A stretch of DNA of 64,000 nt from a virus: positions 40,267 through 104,266 of the IMG/VR virus record IMGVR_UViG_3300027736_000029; one strand, written 5' to 3'. Below the pieces are notes generated by a model. The model saw nothing but the letters and a program-made list of their open reading frames with translations, did no database searches and had not been told where the DNA came from. Positions 1 to 10,044 of this stretch are shown here, piece after piece (positions within the stretch are counted from its first letter, which is position 1; every line of letters starts with the position of its first letter). The position numbers and the translations under genes are program-made.

Positions 1-96
1 GCTGCAGCTCAAAGACAACAAACTAACGAAAGTGTCAAATCAGCCATTAAAAAAACGGTTGAGAAGTACTACAACGTAAACAAAACGAGTAAGTAA
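1..96 (+). CDS. 3' end of hypothetical protein (truncated by window)
   Basis: Open frame AAAQRQQTNESVKSAIKKTVEKYYNVNKTSK* ending TAA at 94-96, followed by a terminator. Confidence 0.6.
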   Translation, partial: AAAQRQQTNESVKSAIKKTVEKYYNVNKTSK

Positions 97-122
97 TCTA
101 ACACATTTAAGAAATTAATGAG

Positions 123-148
123 GGGACAATGAAAATTGTCCCTTTTTT
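123..148 (+). terminator. Rho-independent terminator
   Basis: GGGACAAT-GAAA-ATTGTCCC stem-loop followed by TTTTTT. Confidence 0.85.
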
Positions 149-150
149 CG

Positions 151-158
151 TATTTATA
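151..158 (+). promoter_or_regulatory. putative phage promoter motif TATTTATA
   Basis: TATTTATA ends 4 nt before ATG 163; the 15-mer TATTTATATTATATG recurs exactly at 36655-36669. Confidence 0.6.
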
Positions 159-162
159 TTAT

Positions 163-1149
163 ATGGACATTAATGAATTAATAGAAAAGTTTAATGATGG
201 AGATACTGATTTTATTCAGTACTTTAACGACATTGATACATTTCTTAAGTTTGTTAATAAAAGAGGTCTAATTAATGAGTTAGACCCTGAAGGAAAACTT
301 TCCGAACATTATCAAAACGAATTACTATTATTTTATTACGAAAACGATAAACAAAAGTTTTGGGAATATGTGTTGAAGTATTTGAATGATGTTGAATTAG
401 TTGATGGAGTTCCATATCTTATTCTCGATAGTATAGGAGAACTATCCGCATTATTCTGTGATGGAAACAGATATGATATATCTCAAGATACTGTTGAAGG
501 CATATTATCAGGTGAATATGATAGAGATTTTTATTACGATTCAACTGATGATGTTTACAGAGATGTCATTCAAGAACTTACCAAAGAAAATTTAAAGAGA
601 TTAAAAGAGTATATCATTCAAACTTTAGATGGTCAACAATTATCCACAGATACGGAAGTACTTGAGTCTATCGCTCAAAGAGAAAATACTGAATATGTTA
701 CTGTAAATGAATCTAACATTGACGAAATAGTTGACGATGAGGAAACTATGAATGAATTAATGAAAGACGAATTAGGAGACCTTAAAAGTGAATTATATAT
801 TATTTATAATTCTTCATATAACTCAGCATATGAAGAAGAATTATTCGAAGATATTATGGGAGAACTTTCAAAATATTTTGGTGATGGTGAATGGGTAACA
901 AGACCTCACACTTGGAAAAATGATACTGAAGTACAAAGATATAAGGCACCAATACACAACTTTGAAAGTAACATTGTTGATTATTTAAGAGAAAACAAAA
1001 GTTATAGTTACGGGACACTTGAATATTGGGGCGATTACTTGGGTGTTATAAAAGACCAAAACGATTGTTTATCTGTAATACCTCCTGATTATCCTGACTC
1101 AAGAAAAGTAGATAAAAATATCAACTTGTACTTTAACGATTACATTTAA
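163..1149 (+). CDS. acidic hypothetical protein
   Basis: Long D/E-rich ORF; ATG 163 preferred over TTG 136, which lies inside the terminator. Confidence 0.8.
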   Translation: MDINELIEKFNDGDTDFIQYFNDIDTFLKFVNKRGLINELDPEGKLSEHYQNELLLFYYENDKQKFWEYVLKYLNDVELVDGVPYLILDSIGELSALFCDGNRYDISQDTVEGILSGEYDRDFYYDSTDDVYRDVIQELTKENLKRLKEYIIQTLDGQQLSTDTEVLESIAQRENTEYVTVNESNIDEIVDDEETMNELMKDELGDLKSELYIIYNSSYNSAYEEELFEDIMGELSKYFGDGEWVTRPHTWKNDTEVQRYKAPIHNFESNIVDYLRENKSYSYGTLEYWGDYLGVIKDQNDCLSVIPPDYPDSRKVDKNINLYFNDYI

Positions 1150-1211
1150 TATTCTTTTTACGAATTAAATTGTTTATACTTAAACAATAATAAATTCCAA
1201 AAGAAATACCA

Positions 1212-1973
1212 ATGATATTAAAATCACCAACAAGCAAACTATCAATAGTTAATTTATTTGCAGATTTCATATTAAATCAAATTCCAAAAGACGAGGAAAG
1301 TATTATCCAAGTCGCCGACTGTTTAAACTTTTATGTAATCAAAGGTAAAACAACCTATAAAGAAACTTTGGACATTGCAAAAATAAAAGATGAATTCACC
1401 TCAAAGTTTAAAGAACAATTAGTTGACCTAAAATTAACTCATACAATTGATTTAATCGATTATAATTCCAAATTGAACCCGTTAGATGAAATAACATTTT
1501 CATATCATAACAACTCAAGTAATTGCTCGTATCATAAGCATCAGTGTGATGAATATTTAATTGATGATACAAAGTCTTACGACCATAACTTTCATGTAAA
1601 ACCAATCTTGGAAGACAATAACTTAATTTTTTGTTCCGAGTTCCCTCATGGTTATTCATTGAAACAGGGAAGGTTGATGTATTACTACGGAAAACATATT
1701 TTCTATAACATCCCATACAACTATCCATTCTCAACCTTGACATTCACGATGTCAACAAAAAAAGACGAATCAGGTGATAACCAATTCTCAGTTAAAAACT
1801 CACACCAAAAAGAAGATGAAACATTAAAGTCTGCAATCTTGGATGTATTTGATTTTGATATGTCTTGGTTAGAGACAGAAATGAAAAAAGTGGATTGGTC
1901 TATTGAATTAACCAACCCACTTCAGGAATACGACCTTATTAAAAAGAAAGTAAAAGACTTTGTAATTTTTTAA
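1212..1973 (+). CDS. hypothetical protein, possibly a degenerate SAM synthetase (MetK)-fold protein
   Basis: Segments align by eye with the MetK N-domain (IVNLFADFIL..VIKGKTT) and C-domain (GRLMYYYGKHI; LKSAILDVFDFD); catalytic HPDK absent. Confidence 0.45.
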   Translation: MILKSPTSKLSIVNLFADFILNQIPKDEESIIQVADCLNFYVIKGKTTYKETLDIAKIKDEFTSKFKEQLVDLKLTHTIDLIDYNSKLNPLDEITFSYHNNSSNCSYHKHQCDEYLIDDTKSYDHNFHVKPILEDNNLIFCSEFPHGYSLKQGRLMYYYGKHIFYNIPYNYPFSTLTFTMSTKKDESGDNQFSVKNSHQKEDETLKSAILDVFDFDMSWLETEMKKVDWSIELTNPLQEYDLIKKKVKDFVIF

Positions 1974-2275
1974 ATCAGACCAAGTTTTTGTCTGTGTTCC
2001 TGAATAATTGTAACCGCTTCACTTAATTCGTTGTAATTTCTTTCAGGAGCATATAAAAATGATTCATGTTTGTCGCCATCTTCTTCAATGATTAACATTG
2101 CCGGTATCATGTCATTCTCTGTAATCTCAACAAAGATATCATACTCATCTTTATAATCATCAATATCTCGGTCAAAAAATTCAATTCCCTCATTAGTTAA
2201 CATTTCTTTAAAGTCAGTACAAAACGGACATCCGTTCATTGTATAGACAACCACATTTAAATCTTTCATACTCAT
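1970..2275 (-). CDS. glutaredoxin-like protein
   Basis: VVVYT..GCPFC motif, ~100 aa. Confidence 0.85.
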   Translation of the reverse strand: MSMKDLNVVVYTMNGCPFCTDFKEMLTNEGIEFFDRDIDDYKDEYDIFVEITENDMIPAMLIIEEDGDKHESFLYAPERNYNELSEAVTIIQEHRQKLGLI

Positions 2276-2595
2276 TAAGTAAGTAATTCAAGAACTTCTG
2301 TTGGTGACATTACACCCGCCCTTGAAAAGACTTCAGAACCTTCTTTGAATATTTTTATTGTTGGTACGCTTCTAACACCCAACTCCATCATAAATTTCAT
2401 GTCGTTATCTACATCGAATTTATAAATATTATACTTAGGTCTGTCAGTTGATTCACTAATTAATGATTCATTTACTTTACCCAAATTGCTTAACATAACT
2501 TTACATGGTCCACACCAAGTGGCATATAAATCTAATACGAAGTTTTCTCCGTTGCTAATCTTTTCTCTAAGTTCATTTGTTGTTAATTGTTCCAT
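2275..2595 (-). CDS. trxA: thioredoxin
   Basis: LDLYATWCGPCK and GVRSVPT motifs. Confidence 0.92.
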   Translation of the reverse strand: MEQLTTNELREKISNGENFVLDLYATWCGPCKVMLSNLGKVNESLISESTDRPKYNIYKFDVDNDMKFMMELGVRSVPTIKIFKEGSEVFSRAGVMSPTEVLELLT

Positions 2596-2908
2596 TCTTA
2601 TATGTTTTTAATAATTGTTTTATAAATAATTTTAATTCGTTTAATTGTTCTTCTTTATAATAAATAACCAAAGTTTTCTTATCGACACAATCTTTAAATA
2701 AATATAAATAAAATGGTTGTTTGGTTTTATATATTTTACTTTTGATTTTAATTTCATCCATTTCAAACTCCATCCAACTATCACTAAAAACTGTAGTAAA
2801 TGCACGACCATCCAAGAACTTTATAAAGTCATCAGGAACCTCAAGTTCCAACGTTGAGAATAATTTTCCATCTTCAAGTTTTTCAATATATTCTGGTTTA
2901 CTTACCAT
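2573..2908 (-). CDS. hypothetical protein
   Basis: 111 aa ORF overlapping its neighbours in the operon. Confidence 0.7.
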   Translation of the reverse strand: MVSKPEYIEKLEDGKLFSTLELEVPDDFIKFLDGRAFTTVFSDSWMEFEMDEIKIKSKIYKTKQPFYLYLFKDCVDKKTLVIYYKEEQLNELKLFIKQLLKTYKNGTINNK

Positions 2909-4554
2909 ATGTTCTCAATTTTGTCTTTATCCCAGACCAAACGGCCATCATCCCTCCAATAAGAAGTAGACTCAAGTTCCAAACCAGACTTGTGAACCTT
3001 TTTAATTTTGACTGTATCGAATTTTTCATCTTTAACATAATATAACATACGTCCATCCAATTTAAATAGAACGTCATCCCATTCTTCAGTTAATTTCTTA
3101 TTAAACCTACCCAAAGATTGAACTCGGTCAACATAAATAGTCTTGGAAACTAACGCCTGACTTAATTTATATTCAACGGTGGCTCTAACATCTGAATCAA
3201 CCCCACCCTGACGCAAAGACACAATCATTGAACCACACTTACCAATATATGTTTTAACACAATTGGATTGAATTGCACTCTCCTGATTATAGCTCTTACT
3301 GTTATCCAACAACACAGGATAATAAACTTCACCACCATGTTCAATTGGTTCACTTATGACCCGATAACTATAGTCAGGGTACTTACGATAGTAGGTACCT
3401 TCTCTATATGACTGTATTTTATCTACCCAATCCAAATGTTCACCCCTAAAATCACTTTTATCGTCATCAGATGACATCCATTTAATATTTGGTTCATACA
3501 ACTTCAAATCACAATAAAATCTCATATGGTCATAGAATGTATGAGCGTCCAATGTACCATGTATAACAACATGTCTAAACAATTTAAACACACGTTTCAA
3601 TTCTTCATTGGTGACAAATTCTTTAAAGTCTACAGGTAACGGATAATAATTAATGTTTGAATTCAAACATCCCAAAATTAACTCATAGTCTTGATTAACC
3701 CAATCGTCATTAAACATATTACGAGCCAAGGTAAGCATTGGAAGATTCAAACCTTCACAATTGTGTAAGGCTTTCTTAATCTGTTTACCCGATAACTCAT
3801 TGCGTACCATAACGGCATCAACCATTCTATTATCAGTTTTCTTAAGAATTTTTTTAATCTCAGGTCCGAACCACTCATTCGTGTAAATATGGAAATTGTT
3901 AGGAAACTTAACCCCTCGTTTATTTAAATAAAACTTAAATAACCTTTGATTATTGGTTAACACTCCAAAATTATCAATGGGGTCAATCGTTTGAATAAAA
4001 ACTTCCAAAGCTTCTTGAGTACAATCCACATCAAGATTAGAATCCACACGTCTTATACAATTCCTAATTGACAAACTCAAATTATTCAAAGGTTCGCCAA
4101 TAAAGTAATTTCTATTGATTCGTTTTTTTGATTTTCTTTTTAAGTGGTAGTTATCAATACCTCCAACATACACATCACCAGTCTTGGTGTTCACACTAAT
4201 AAATTCAACGTGTTTAATTGTCTTGAACCAAACAACACCCGGTCTTCTGTGTTTATAACCCCAGAATAATTTAATAGCAACTTTATCCCCATCTCTTTCA
4301 ACTACAATAGTTACATTATTTCTAGTAACCGAATACAATTGGTCAGCAAATCGGGTAACAAACTCTTCCTCTGTTTTATTGGTTTTTTTATAAATAAATA
4401 ATGGATGTTTTTTTGTTGGTTCAGGACCATCTTCAAGTTCAAAATTGAGGGTTTGACTTTGAATCATTCTCTTTACATAAGGGAACTCACTATAAGATTC
4501 GTGCTCAATAGTTTCATAGCTCACGAACTCTTTTTTGAATAACACCTCCTTCAT
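2902..4554 (-). CDS. PcfJ-like domain protein
   Basis: C-terminal ESAIQSNCVKTY..IVSLR..ATVEY..VQSLGRFN pattern typical of PcfJ-like domains. Confidence 0.7.
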   Translation of the reverse strand: MKEVLFKKEFVSYETIEHESYSEFPYVKRMIQSQTLNFELEDGPEPTKKHPLFIYKKTNKTEEEFVTRFADQLYSVTRNNVTIVVERDGDKVAIKLFWGYKHRRPGVVWFKTIKHVEFISVNTKTGDVYVGGIDNYHLKRKSKKRINRNYFIGEPLNNLSLSIRNCIRRVDSNLDVDCTQEALEVFIQTIDPIDNFGVLTNNQRLFKFYLNKRGVKFPNNFHIYTNEWFGPEIKKILKKTDNRMVDAVMVRNELSGKQIKKALHNCEGLNLPMLTLARNMFNDDWVNQDYELILGCLNSNINYYPLPVDFKEFVTNEELKRVFKLFRHVVIHGTLDAHTFYDHMRFYCDLKLYEPNIKWMSSDDDKSDFRGEHLDWVDKIQSYREGTYYRKYPDYSYRVISEPIEHGGEVYYPVLLDNSKSYNQESAIQSNCVKTYIGKCGSMIVSLRQGGVDSDVRATVEYKLSQALVSKTIYVDRVQSLGRFNKKLTEEWDDVLFKLDGRMLYYVKDEKFDTVKIKKVHKSGLELESTSYWRDDGRLVWDKDKIENIW

Positions 4555-4558
4555 ATTA

Positions 4559-4566
4559 CAAAGATA
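4559..4566 (-). promoter_or_regulatory. Bacteroidota-type -7 promoter element TATCTTTG
   Basis: Matches TAnnTTTG; ends 4 nt before ATG 4554. Confidence 0.7.
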
Positions 4567-4568
4567 AT

Positions 4569-4601
4569 AAAAAAAGAATGGGAGACAAAATATCTCCCAT
4601 T
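4569..4601 (-). terminator. Rho-independent terminator
   Basis: AATGGGAGA/TCTCCCATT 9-bp stem (4577-4601) followed by a T-tract on the minus strand. Confidence 0.8.
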
Positions 4602-4613
4602 ATTTTATAAACC

Positions 4614-4898
4614 TTAATTCAAGATAATATTACCAAATTTTGTTTCCATGATAAAACTTTCCAACTTCTTCTTTGGTTTTTGTGGGTCACCTCCATTAAC
4701 CACCACACAAATTTCAAGAATCTGTTTTTGAGTTAGTGACGGGTCATCACCTTTTTGAGTATTTTCTAAAGACATTAGTTTAACCTTTCGATAAAACTCA
4801 TCTTCCTTCCCTTTGGGAATAAGTGTAAATAAGTCATCTGGATTTTCCCTGAAGAACTTGATGAAGTTATTCATGTATATTTCAACATCAACATTCAT
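4614..4898 (-). CDS. hypothetical protein
   Basis: 94 aa ORF. Confidence 0.75.
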   Translation of the reverse strand: MNVDVEIYMNNFIKFFRENPDDLFTLIPKGKEDEFYRKVKLMSLENTQKGDDPSLTQKQILEICVVVNGGDPQKPKKKLESFIMETKFGNIILN

Positions 4899-4924
4899 TA
4901 TAATAAAATTTAATAGTTAAACAA

Positions 4925-6244
4925 TTAATCTTGAAGGTCCCACATTCCTGGACCCATTTCAGTGCCCTTAGCCTTGATTGATTCAGGTACTTGTACGTTA
5001 TTACTACCCTTAAGATTCAAGAAGTATAAACTTGGTAAATCTGCAATACAATCAGGAATACTTCTAAGTTTTTCGTTGTTGTTTAACGCCAAGAATCTTA
5101 ATTTAGGTAAAGTACAGATTGAATCAGGTATGCTTTCAATACAATTATCCAAGATAATACCTGTTAAATCTTTGAATCTTCCAATTTCTTCAGGGATATT
5201 AATAATAAAACCATTTTTATCTCTGTTTTGAATATGAAATTCTTTCAATGTGTTAGGTAAATTACCAATTAAATCATCCAATCCGTATAATCCAATAAAT
5301 TTACCAACCGCACCATGACTGAAACTATCAATAACTAATTTCTCACCACCAATTGTTAAACCTTTTGCAAATTCAGGTTTGAAGAAATTTTTCAACTCTG
5401 TCATTGGTCCGTTTAATAATTGAACCAAATCTTGTTGACGGTCATCCTTATCCATAAATTGATTCGATGGGAAGTGGAACTGATATCTATTTTTTGGTAA
5501 TCCTGTTTCAGCAGTAACATCAGAGTCATTTGGGTTAAATATAACATATAAAGGACCATCTTTAATGTATCGGTTAAACCATTGGTCGGTACCAGGTGTT
5601 GAAGTACACCATCTAGTTTCTACATTGTTTCCTCCATAAAAACAAGCGGCCTCTTTACCTACAGGTCCTTTGTTTTCAATTTCAATAACTCTCCATGTTG
5701 GTCCATCAAATACCAATTTAGCTCCAGGGTGAACAGGTGCTAACTTTCTTTCAGCCTTAGTTGTTGTCGCCAAAGTCAAGTCAAAGTCCTTAACCGTATC
5801 GTATAATGTGTCAGGAGTTAACTTATTGATATCTCTCATATCTTGAGGGATTTTACCTTTAAACTTTTCAAACTTTGCAAGGTCATCTGTAACCTTATAT
5901 AAATCCTCCATGAAAGTGTCTTTCACTTGTTGAACTTCACGTTCATAACCTGATTCACCAGGTTGTCTTTCGGTTTTTGGCATTAAGTATCGTTTAATCA
6001 ACCATTGAACGTATTTACCAGCTTTAACCTTCTCAAGTTCTTTTGAGTCGGCGTTAGTTAAATCAACGTTATTTAACCTTGTTGTTGGGTCAGCTTCAAC
6101 TAACTTGTTAAACTCTTCCCTGCTCATCTTAGGCTTTACCTTATTACCTTCTTTATCTTTAGATGGCTTAGTAAGTGCGTCAGACAACAATTCAAATCTT
6201 GATTGTTCTAAAATGACCTTTTTTAATATTGACGTGAATTTCAT
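4925..6244 (-). CDS. leucine-rich-repeat protein with N-terminal phage domain
   Basis: C-terminal LRRs (IPEEIGRFKDLTGIILDNC, IPDSICTLPKLRFLALNNN, IPDCIADLPSLYFLNLKGS); central AACFYG..TRWCT motif; start reassigned to ATG 6244. Confidence 0.8.
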   Translation of the reverse strand: MKFTSILKKVILEQSRFELLSDALTKPSKDKEGNKVKPKMSREEFNKLVEADPTTRLNNVDLTNADSKELEKVKAGKYVQWLIKRYLMPKTERQPGESGYEREVQQVKDTFMEDLYKVTDDLAKFEKFKGKIPQDMRDINKLTPDTLYDTVKDFDLTLATTTKAERKLAPVHPGAKLVFDGPTWRVIEIENKGPVGKEAACFYGGNNVETRWCTSTPGTDQWFNRYIKDGPLYVIFNPNDSDVTAETGLPKNRYQFHFPSNQFMDKDDRQQDLVQLLNGPMTELKNFFKPEFAKGLTIGGEKLVIDSFSHGAVGKFIGLYGLDDLIGNLPNTLKEFHIQNRDKNGFIINIPEEIGRFKDLTGIILDNCIESIPDSICTLPKLRFLALNNNEKLRSIPDCIADLPSLYFLNLKGSNNVQVPESIKAKGTEMGPGMWDLQD

Positions 6245-6261
6245 CTTTGTTATTTTATTAC

Positions 6262-6269
6262 TATAAATA
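6262..6269 (-). promoter_or_regulatory. putative phage promoter motif TATTTATA
   Basis: Intergenic, upstream of ATG 6244. Confidence 0.55.
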
Positions 6270-6290
6270 TATTGACGATACAAAAATAAC

Positions 6291-7130
6291 TCAATAATTC
6301 AAGATTAACAACTCTTCCCCCATATTTTGTTTCGTTCCCTTCTTCGCGGCTGCGGCTTTTGCAAACTCTTTTCTCTCCCAACGGTACTGTTCTTCGGGAA
6401 ACCATTCATGTAATAACTCAAAATCGTAGTAGGATAAACTAAACTTACCTTGAACATTATGTAATACATTTGCAAGTCTTTCGTGGTCTTTTCTGTCGAA
6501 GTCATGGTTATTATAATAGTTCTCAGTCTTCCAATATGGTGGGTCCAAATAGATATAGGTGGTTGGTGAATCATACTTTGTAATTACATCCGCAAAGTCC
6601 ATATTCTCGACCTCAGTTATTTTTAAGAAATGTTCAACCCAATCAGGTTTAGATAACTTATCTCTAAATGTAAGGTACTTTGATTTGTATTTACCCTTTA
6701 AGTCTATGAATGAACTTGTCTCAGGTTTACTACCGCTAAACACTTGAGTTAAAACATAAGCATATTTTGCTGCAACATTATAATCAGGATAATTGATGGT
6801 AAATCCACTACCAAATACTTCAGATTGAAACTCTACAAATTGTTCTTTATATATTGACGGTGTAGTTTCCTCACCGAATTGTTGACATGGAATTGAATTA
6901 ATTGATTCCAATAATTGTTCAGGATTCTTGATACATTGAAATAAATTGTAGTTGAGTGGGTTAAAATCATTATAGACAACTTTCTTAAGATTTGGGAATT
7001 GCGTTAAATCCATGTTGAAGAAACACCAAAACATTCCTCCGAATGTCTCAACATAAGTCTCCATATCTTTATCATAGAAAGGGACAATCCACTTTCCAAT
7101 TTTACTTTTACCTCCGATGTATGATAGCAT
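6291..7130 (-). CDS. D12-class N6-adenine DNA methyltransferase (Dam-like)
   Basis: YIGGKS, YVETFGG, YND and YLDPPY motifs; start reassigned to ATG 7130. Confidence 0.9.
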   Translation of the reverse strand: MLSYIGGKSKIGKWIVPFYDKDMETYVETFGGMFWCFFNMDLTQFPNLKKVVYNDFNPLNYNLFQCIKNPEQLLESINSIPCQQFGEETTPSIYKEQFVEFQSEVFGSGFTINYPDYNVAAKYAYVLTQVFSGSKPETSSFIDLKGKYKSKYLTFRDKLSKPDWVEHFLKITEVENMDFADVITKYDSPTTYIYLDPPYWKTENYYNNHDFDRKDHERLANVLHNVQGKFSLSYYDFELLHEWFPEEQYRWERKEFAKAAAAKKGTKQNMGEELLILNY

Positions 7131-7178
7131 ATTTTTACGTTTATACAAGTATAAGAAAAAAACATAAAAAGGCAAATT

Positions 7179-7355
7179 TTATTTGTAACAATTTTTGTAT
7201 GGTCGACAAGATGCCTTCTGAGTAAATCCCATATCTTTACATGAAGTAGATTCACAATAGGATTTACTATACTTACGAGGTTTCTTATATTCTTCTTGTT
7301 CTTTCTCGTCAAGATATTGATAAAGAACTCTTTTAATAATTTGCTCAATTAACAT
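7179..7355 (-). CDS. small Cys-rich hypothetical protein
   Basis: MLIEQIIKRVL..YCESTSCKDMGFTQKASCRPYKNCYK; TATTTATG just upstream. Confidence 0.65.
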   Translation of the reverse strand: MLIEQIIKRVLYQYLDEKEQEEYKKPRKYSKSYCESTSCKDMGFTQKASCRPYKNCYK

Positions 7356-7365
7356 ACTCATAAAT

Positions 7366-7509
7366 ATGACAGAAGGTTGTAAAACATGTAAACAAAAAGG
7401 TCCTGGTAAATTTCAGATTGGAGCTATAGTATTAGGATTCTATGTATTAGGGATGACCATATACGGAACATATACTTTAGTTAACGATATTATTAGTTAC
7501 TTTAAATAA
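7366..7509 (+). CDS. small CxxC membrane protein (47 aa, not in ORF track)
   Basis: [47 protein letters not shown]; fills the gap exactly. Confidence 0.6.
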   Translation: MTEGCKTCKQKGPGKFQIGAIVLGFYVLGMTIYGTYTLVNDIISYFK

Positions 7510-8434
7510 CTCGATTAAACTTAACATTTAGTTTAACGTACATATCACCGTCATTGAAACCTTTACCTTTCAATCTTAAAGGTTTAGATGAATCAAAAAT
7601 AGGTAAAGCATTTATAACTAACTCTCCATTTGGATGTGGTATAGTAAATTTGTCATCCTGTATCTCTTGTAGATTTAAAAACAAATTATAAATCAAATCA
7701 TTATTCATTTTTTCAAACCCATCTTGACTAACCATCGAGATTTGGACAACCAAATCACCATACTCCCCATTTCTAAAATCACCCAAACTCGCAAGTTTTA
7801 AGTATTGACCGTCATCAACTCCAACAGGTAATTTGACAGTAATTTCATGAGTAGTTGATTTAATACCTTTACCATCACAACTAAAACATCGATGTACTAA
7901 AGTATATCCTCTACCCGCACATGTTTGACATGCGGTTCTAATTTGTTGTACCATAAATCCAGTTCCAAATGTTTTAATTTGAAATCCGGCACCTCCACAG
8001 GTTCCACATTTCTGTTGTTCACCACCACTTCCACTACAAACATCACAATGATTATCTTTCATGTAACGTATGACCTTATCAACCCCTTTAAACGACTCTA
8101 ATGGACTAACCTGAACTTTAATTATCTTATCAGGTGCGGATTTTCTTTTTTGTTCAAAAGGATTATTACCTTGATTACCAAACATTTGATTAAATATGTC
8201 CTCGTAAGACACATTTCCATTACCCCCAAAAGGATTGTTCATTTTGTTGTCGTATTGAACTCTCTTGGTTTCGTCACCAATAGTATCATAGGCGACTGAA
8301 ATCTCTTTAAACTTTTCACCACCCTCAGGATTTACGTCTGGATGGTATTGTTTACTTAGTTTTCTGTAAGCCTTCTTGATTTCATCTTGAGTGGCATCTT
8401 TACTTACGCCTAAAGTTTCGTAATAATTATTCAT
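7502..8434 (-). CDS. dnaJ: DnaJ chaperone
   Basis: J-domain with HPD, four CxxCxGxG zinc-finger repeats, C-terminal domain. Confidence 0.95.
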   Translation of the reverse strand: MNNYYETLGVSKDATQDEIKKAYRKLSKQYHPDVNPEGGEKFKEISVAYDTIGDETKRVQYDNKMNNPFGGNGNVSYEDIFNQMFGNQGNNPFEQKRKSAPDKIIKVQVSPLESFKGVDKVIRYMKDNHCDVCSGSGGEQQKCGTCGGAGFQIKTFGTGFMVQQIRTACQTCAGRGYTLVHRCFSCDGKGIKSTTHEITVKLPVGVDDGQYLKLASLGDFRNGEYGDLVVQISMVSQDGFEKMNNDLIYNLFLNLQEIQDDKFTIPHPNGELVINALPIFDSSKPLRLKGKGFNDGDMYVKLNVKFNRVI

Positions 8435-8436
8435 AT

Positions 8437-9084
8437 ATGGAGAACTATTTGGTAGTCTTATTTAAAAATAAAAAAAGAAAACGAATAATAAAGAAGTTTG
8501 TCACTTTATCTCGCGCCAAATCGTTTTTTAATAAACTAATCAGTGAATCTGATGAGGTAATCTTTGAAACTACCATTGAAAATGCTAAGGATTGTAAATT
8601 TGAATTGGGTATAATTGAAATGAGAACTAATCAATCCTCACCAATATATGTAACAGATGAGTATGGTAGGAACGTTAAGGTTAAGTTAGAAGATGACGGT
8701 ATGTCCATATTACAAATTAAGACCTATAAAGAAGAAGAATTGATTTATGACGTACAAAAGAAAATAAAAATAAGTTCAAAAGACCTGATTAAATCATATC
8801 TTAAAGGTGATGGTTTAAAAATGGTCTCAGTATTGAATAATAAAATTGTAATACAAAAAGATGATGACATTAAATTATTCTCATTGAAAAATGAAAAGGA
8901 GTCATCAAGATTTATTGATTGTCTTTCGTCACACTTCTTTAAAATAAAAAGAGGTGACTGTCTTTTTATTAAAGACTATTCGTCACCTCAGAGAAAATAT
9001 TTGTATAGTTTGTTAGAATCTAATGGATTTGATAAGAAAGTTCTTTACAGAAAGTTTACTACTTATCCTTCTCATCCAAAATGA
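8437..9084 (+). CDS. hypothetical basic protein
   Basis: 215 aa ORF antisense to the flanking operon. Confidence 0.7.
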   Translation: MENYLVVLFKNKKRKRIIKKFVTLSRAKSFFNKLISESDEVIFETTIENAKDCKFELGIIEMRTNQSSPIYVTDEYGRNVKVKLEDDGMSILQIKTYKEEELIYDVQKKIKISSKDLIKSYLKGDGLKMVSVLNNKIVIQKDDDIKLFSLKNEKESSRFIDCLSSHFFKIKRGDCLFIKDYSSPQRKYLYSLLESNGFDKKVLYRKFTTYPSHPK

Positions 9085-9289
9085 AATGGAACTCGGTTCC
9101 TGATATATCCATTGAAAATTGTTTGTGGTGTCTGTCAACCTCTCTAAAATGACTAATAACACTGTTGTATTCACCTTTAGGTAATTCAAATATAATCGTA
9201 CCCTTACCACTGAATAAAGTTTGAACTGATTCTGCAATCAATGCCAACTTTTCTATTGTCCTAAGAGAATTATCTTTATTTTCTTCCAT
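9059..9289 (-). CDS. hypothetical protein
   Basis: 76 aa ORF in coupled operon. Confidence 0.65.
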   Translation of the reverse strand: MEENKDNSLRTIEKLALIAESVQTLFSGKGTIIFELPKGEYNSVISHFREVDRHHKQFSMDISGTEFHFILDEKDK

Positions 9290-9447
9290 ATACTTAATTT
9301 TTTTGGTTTAGGAAAAAGGTCGTCTTTATTAAGACCTTTAATCTCTTTGATTATTTTTTCTTTACCCTTATCAAGTTCCTTTTTGTCCTTCAGTTTTTCA
9401 CTGTTGAACCAATTCACTAATTGTTGACTCCTGTCCGTTTTGCTCAT
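9253..9447 (-). CDS. hypothetical basic protein
   Basis: 64 aa Lys-rich ORF. Confidence 0.6.
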   Translation of the reverse strand: MSKTDRSQQLVNWFNSEKLKDKKELDKGKEKIIKEIKGLNKDDLFPKPKKLSIWKKIKIILLGQ

Positions 9448-9859
9448 CTTCTAAATCTATTTCAGTTTCTAAATCAGTATCTAATTCATCCCCTACCTCA
9501 AAATCAAAATAAAGATTTTGTAGTTTATCTAAATCAGTTTTTTCAAAAGTTTGTTTCAACTGTTCAACAGTTTGCTTAAACAGTCTTTCTTTCAATTCTC
9601 GTTCTTTGTTCAATTTAATAATCTTACCAATTTTAACAATGATTGAAGAAACTTCTTTTTCTCCGATTGGACTAATAAAGGTAATCCCTTTCATGTTTGG
9701 GTCCTCAACTTCAAATCCAACGACTTGACCTTCATCAACAATACTTTTTGGTATTGACCACTTTGTTGGGAATTTCATATCAAAACTTAGATATGATTCC
9801 AATTTTCTAATTGAATGAATATATTCAACGAATGGTAATATTTCTTTATAAAAACTCAT
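9398..9859 (-). CDS. hypothetical protein
   Basis: 153 aa ORF with acidic tail. Confidence 0.75.
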   Translation of the reverse strand: MSFYKEILPFVEYIHSIRKLESYLSFDMKFPTKWSIPKSIVDEGQVVGFEVEDPNMKGITFISPIGEKEVSSIIVKIGKIIKLNKERELKERLFKQTVEQLKQTFEKTDLDKLQNLYFDFEVGDELDTDLETEIDLEDEQNGQESTISELVQQ

Positions 9860-10044
9860 TTTTGTAATAGATATGTTATTAAATAACTAATTGATATTCC
9901 TAAAAGGAAAAGTTCCCTGTTACTAAGAACCAATGGTTTTGGTTCTCTTTGTAACAGGGCTCTTAAAAATTTTAAGACATTAAGTAATGTCACTAATATT
10001 GTGAAAACAAATATAAAAAGATATATCGTATCAATATTATGCAT
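9856..10044 (-). CDS. small two-TM membrane protein
   Basis: Two hydrophobic segments. Confidence 0.65.
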   Translation of the reverse strand: MHNIDTIYLFIFVFTILVTLLNVLKFLRALLQREPKPLVLSNRELFLLGISISYLITYLLQK

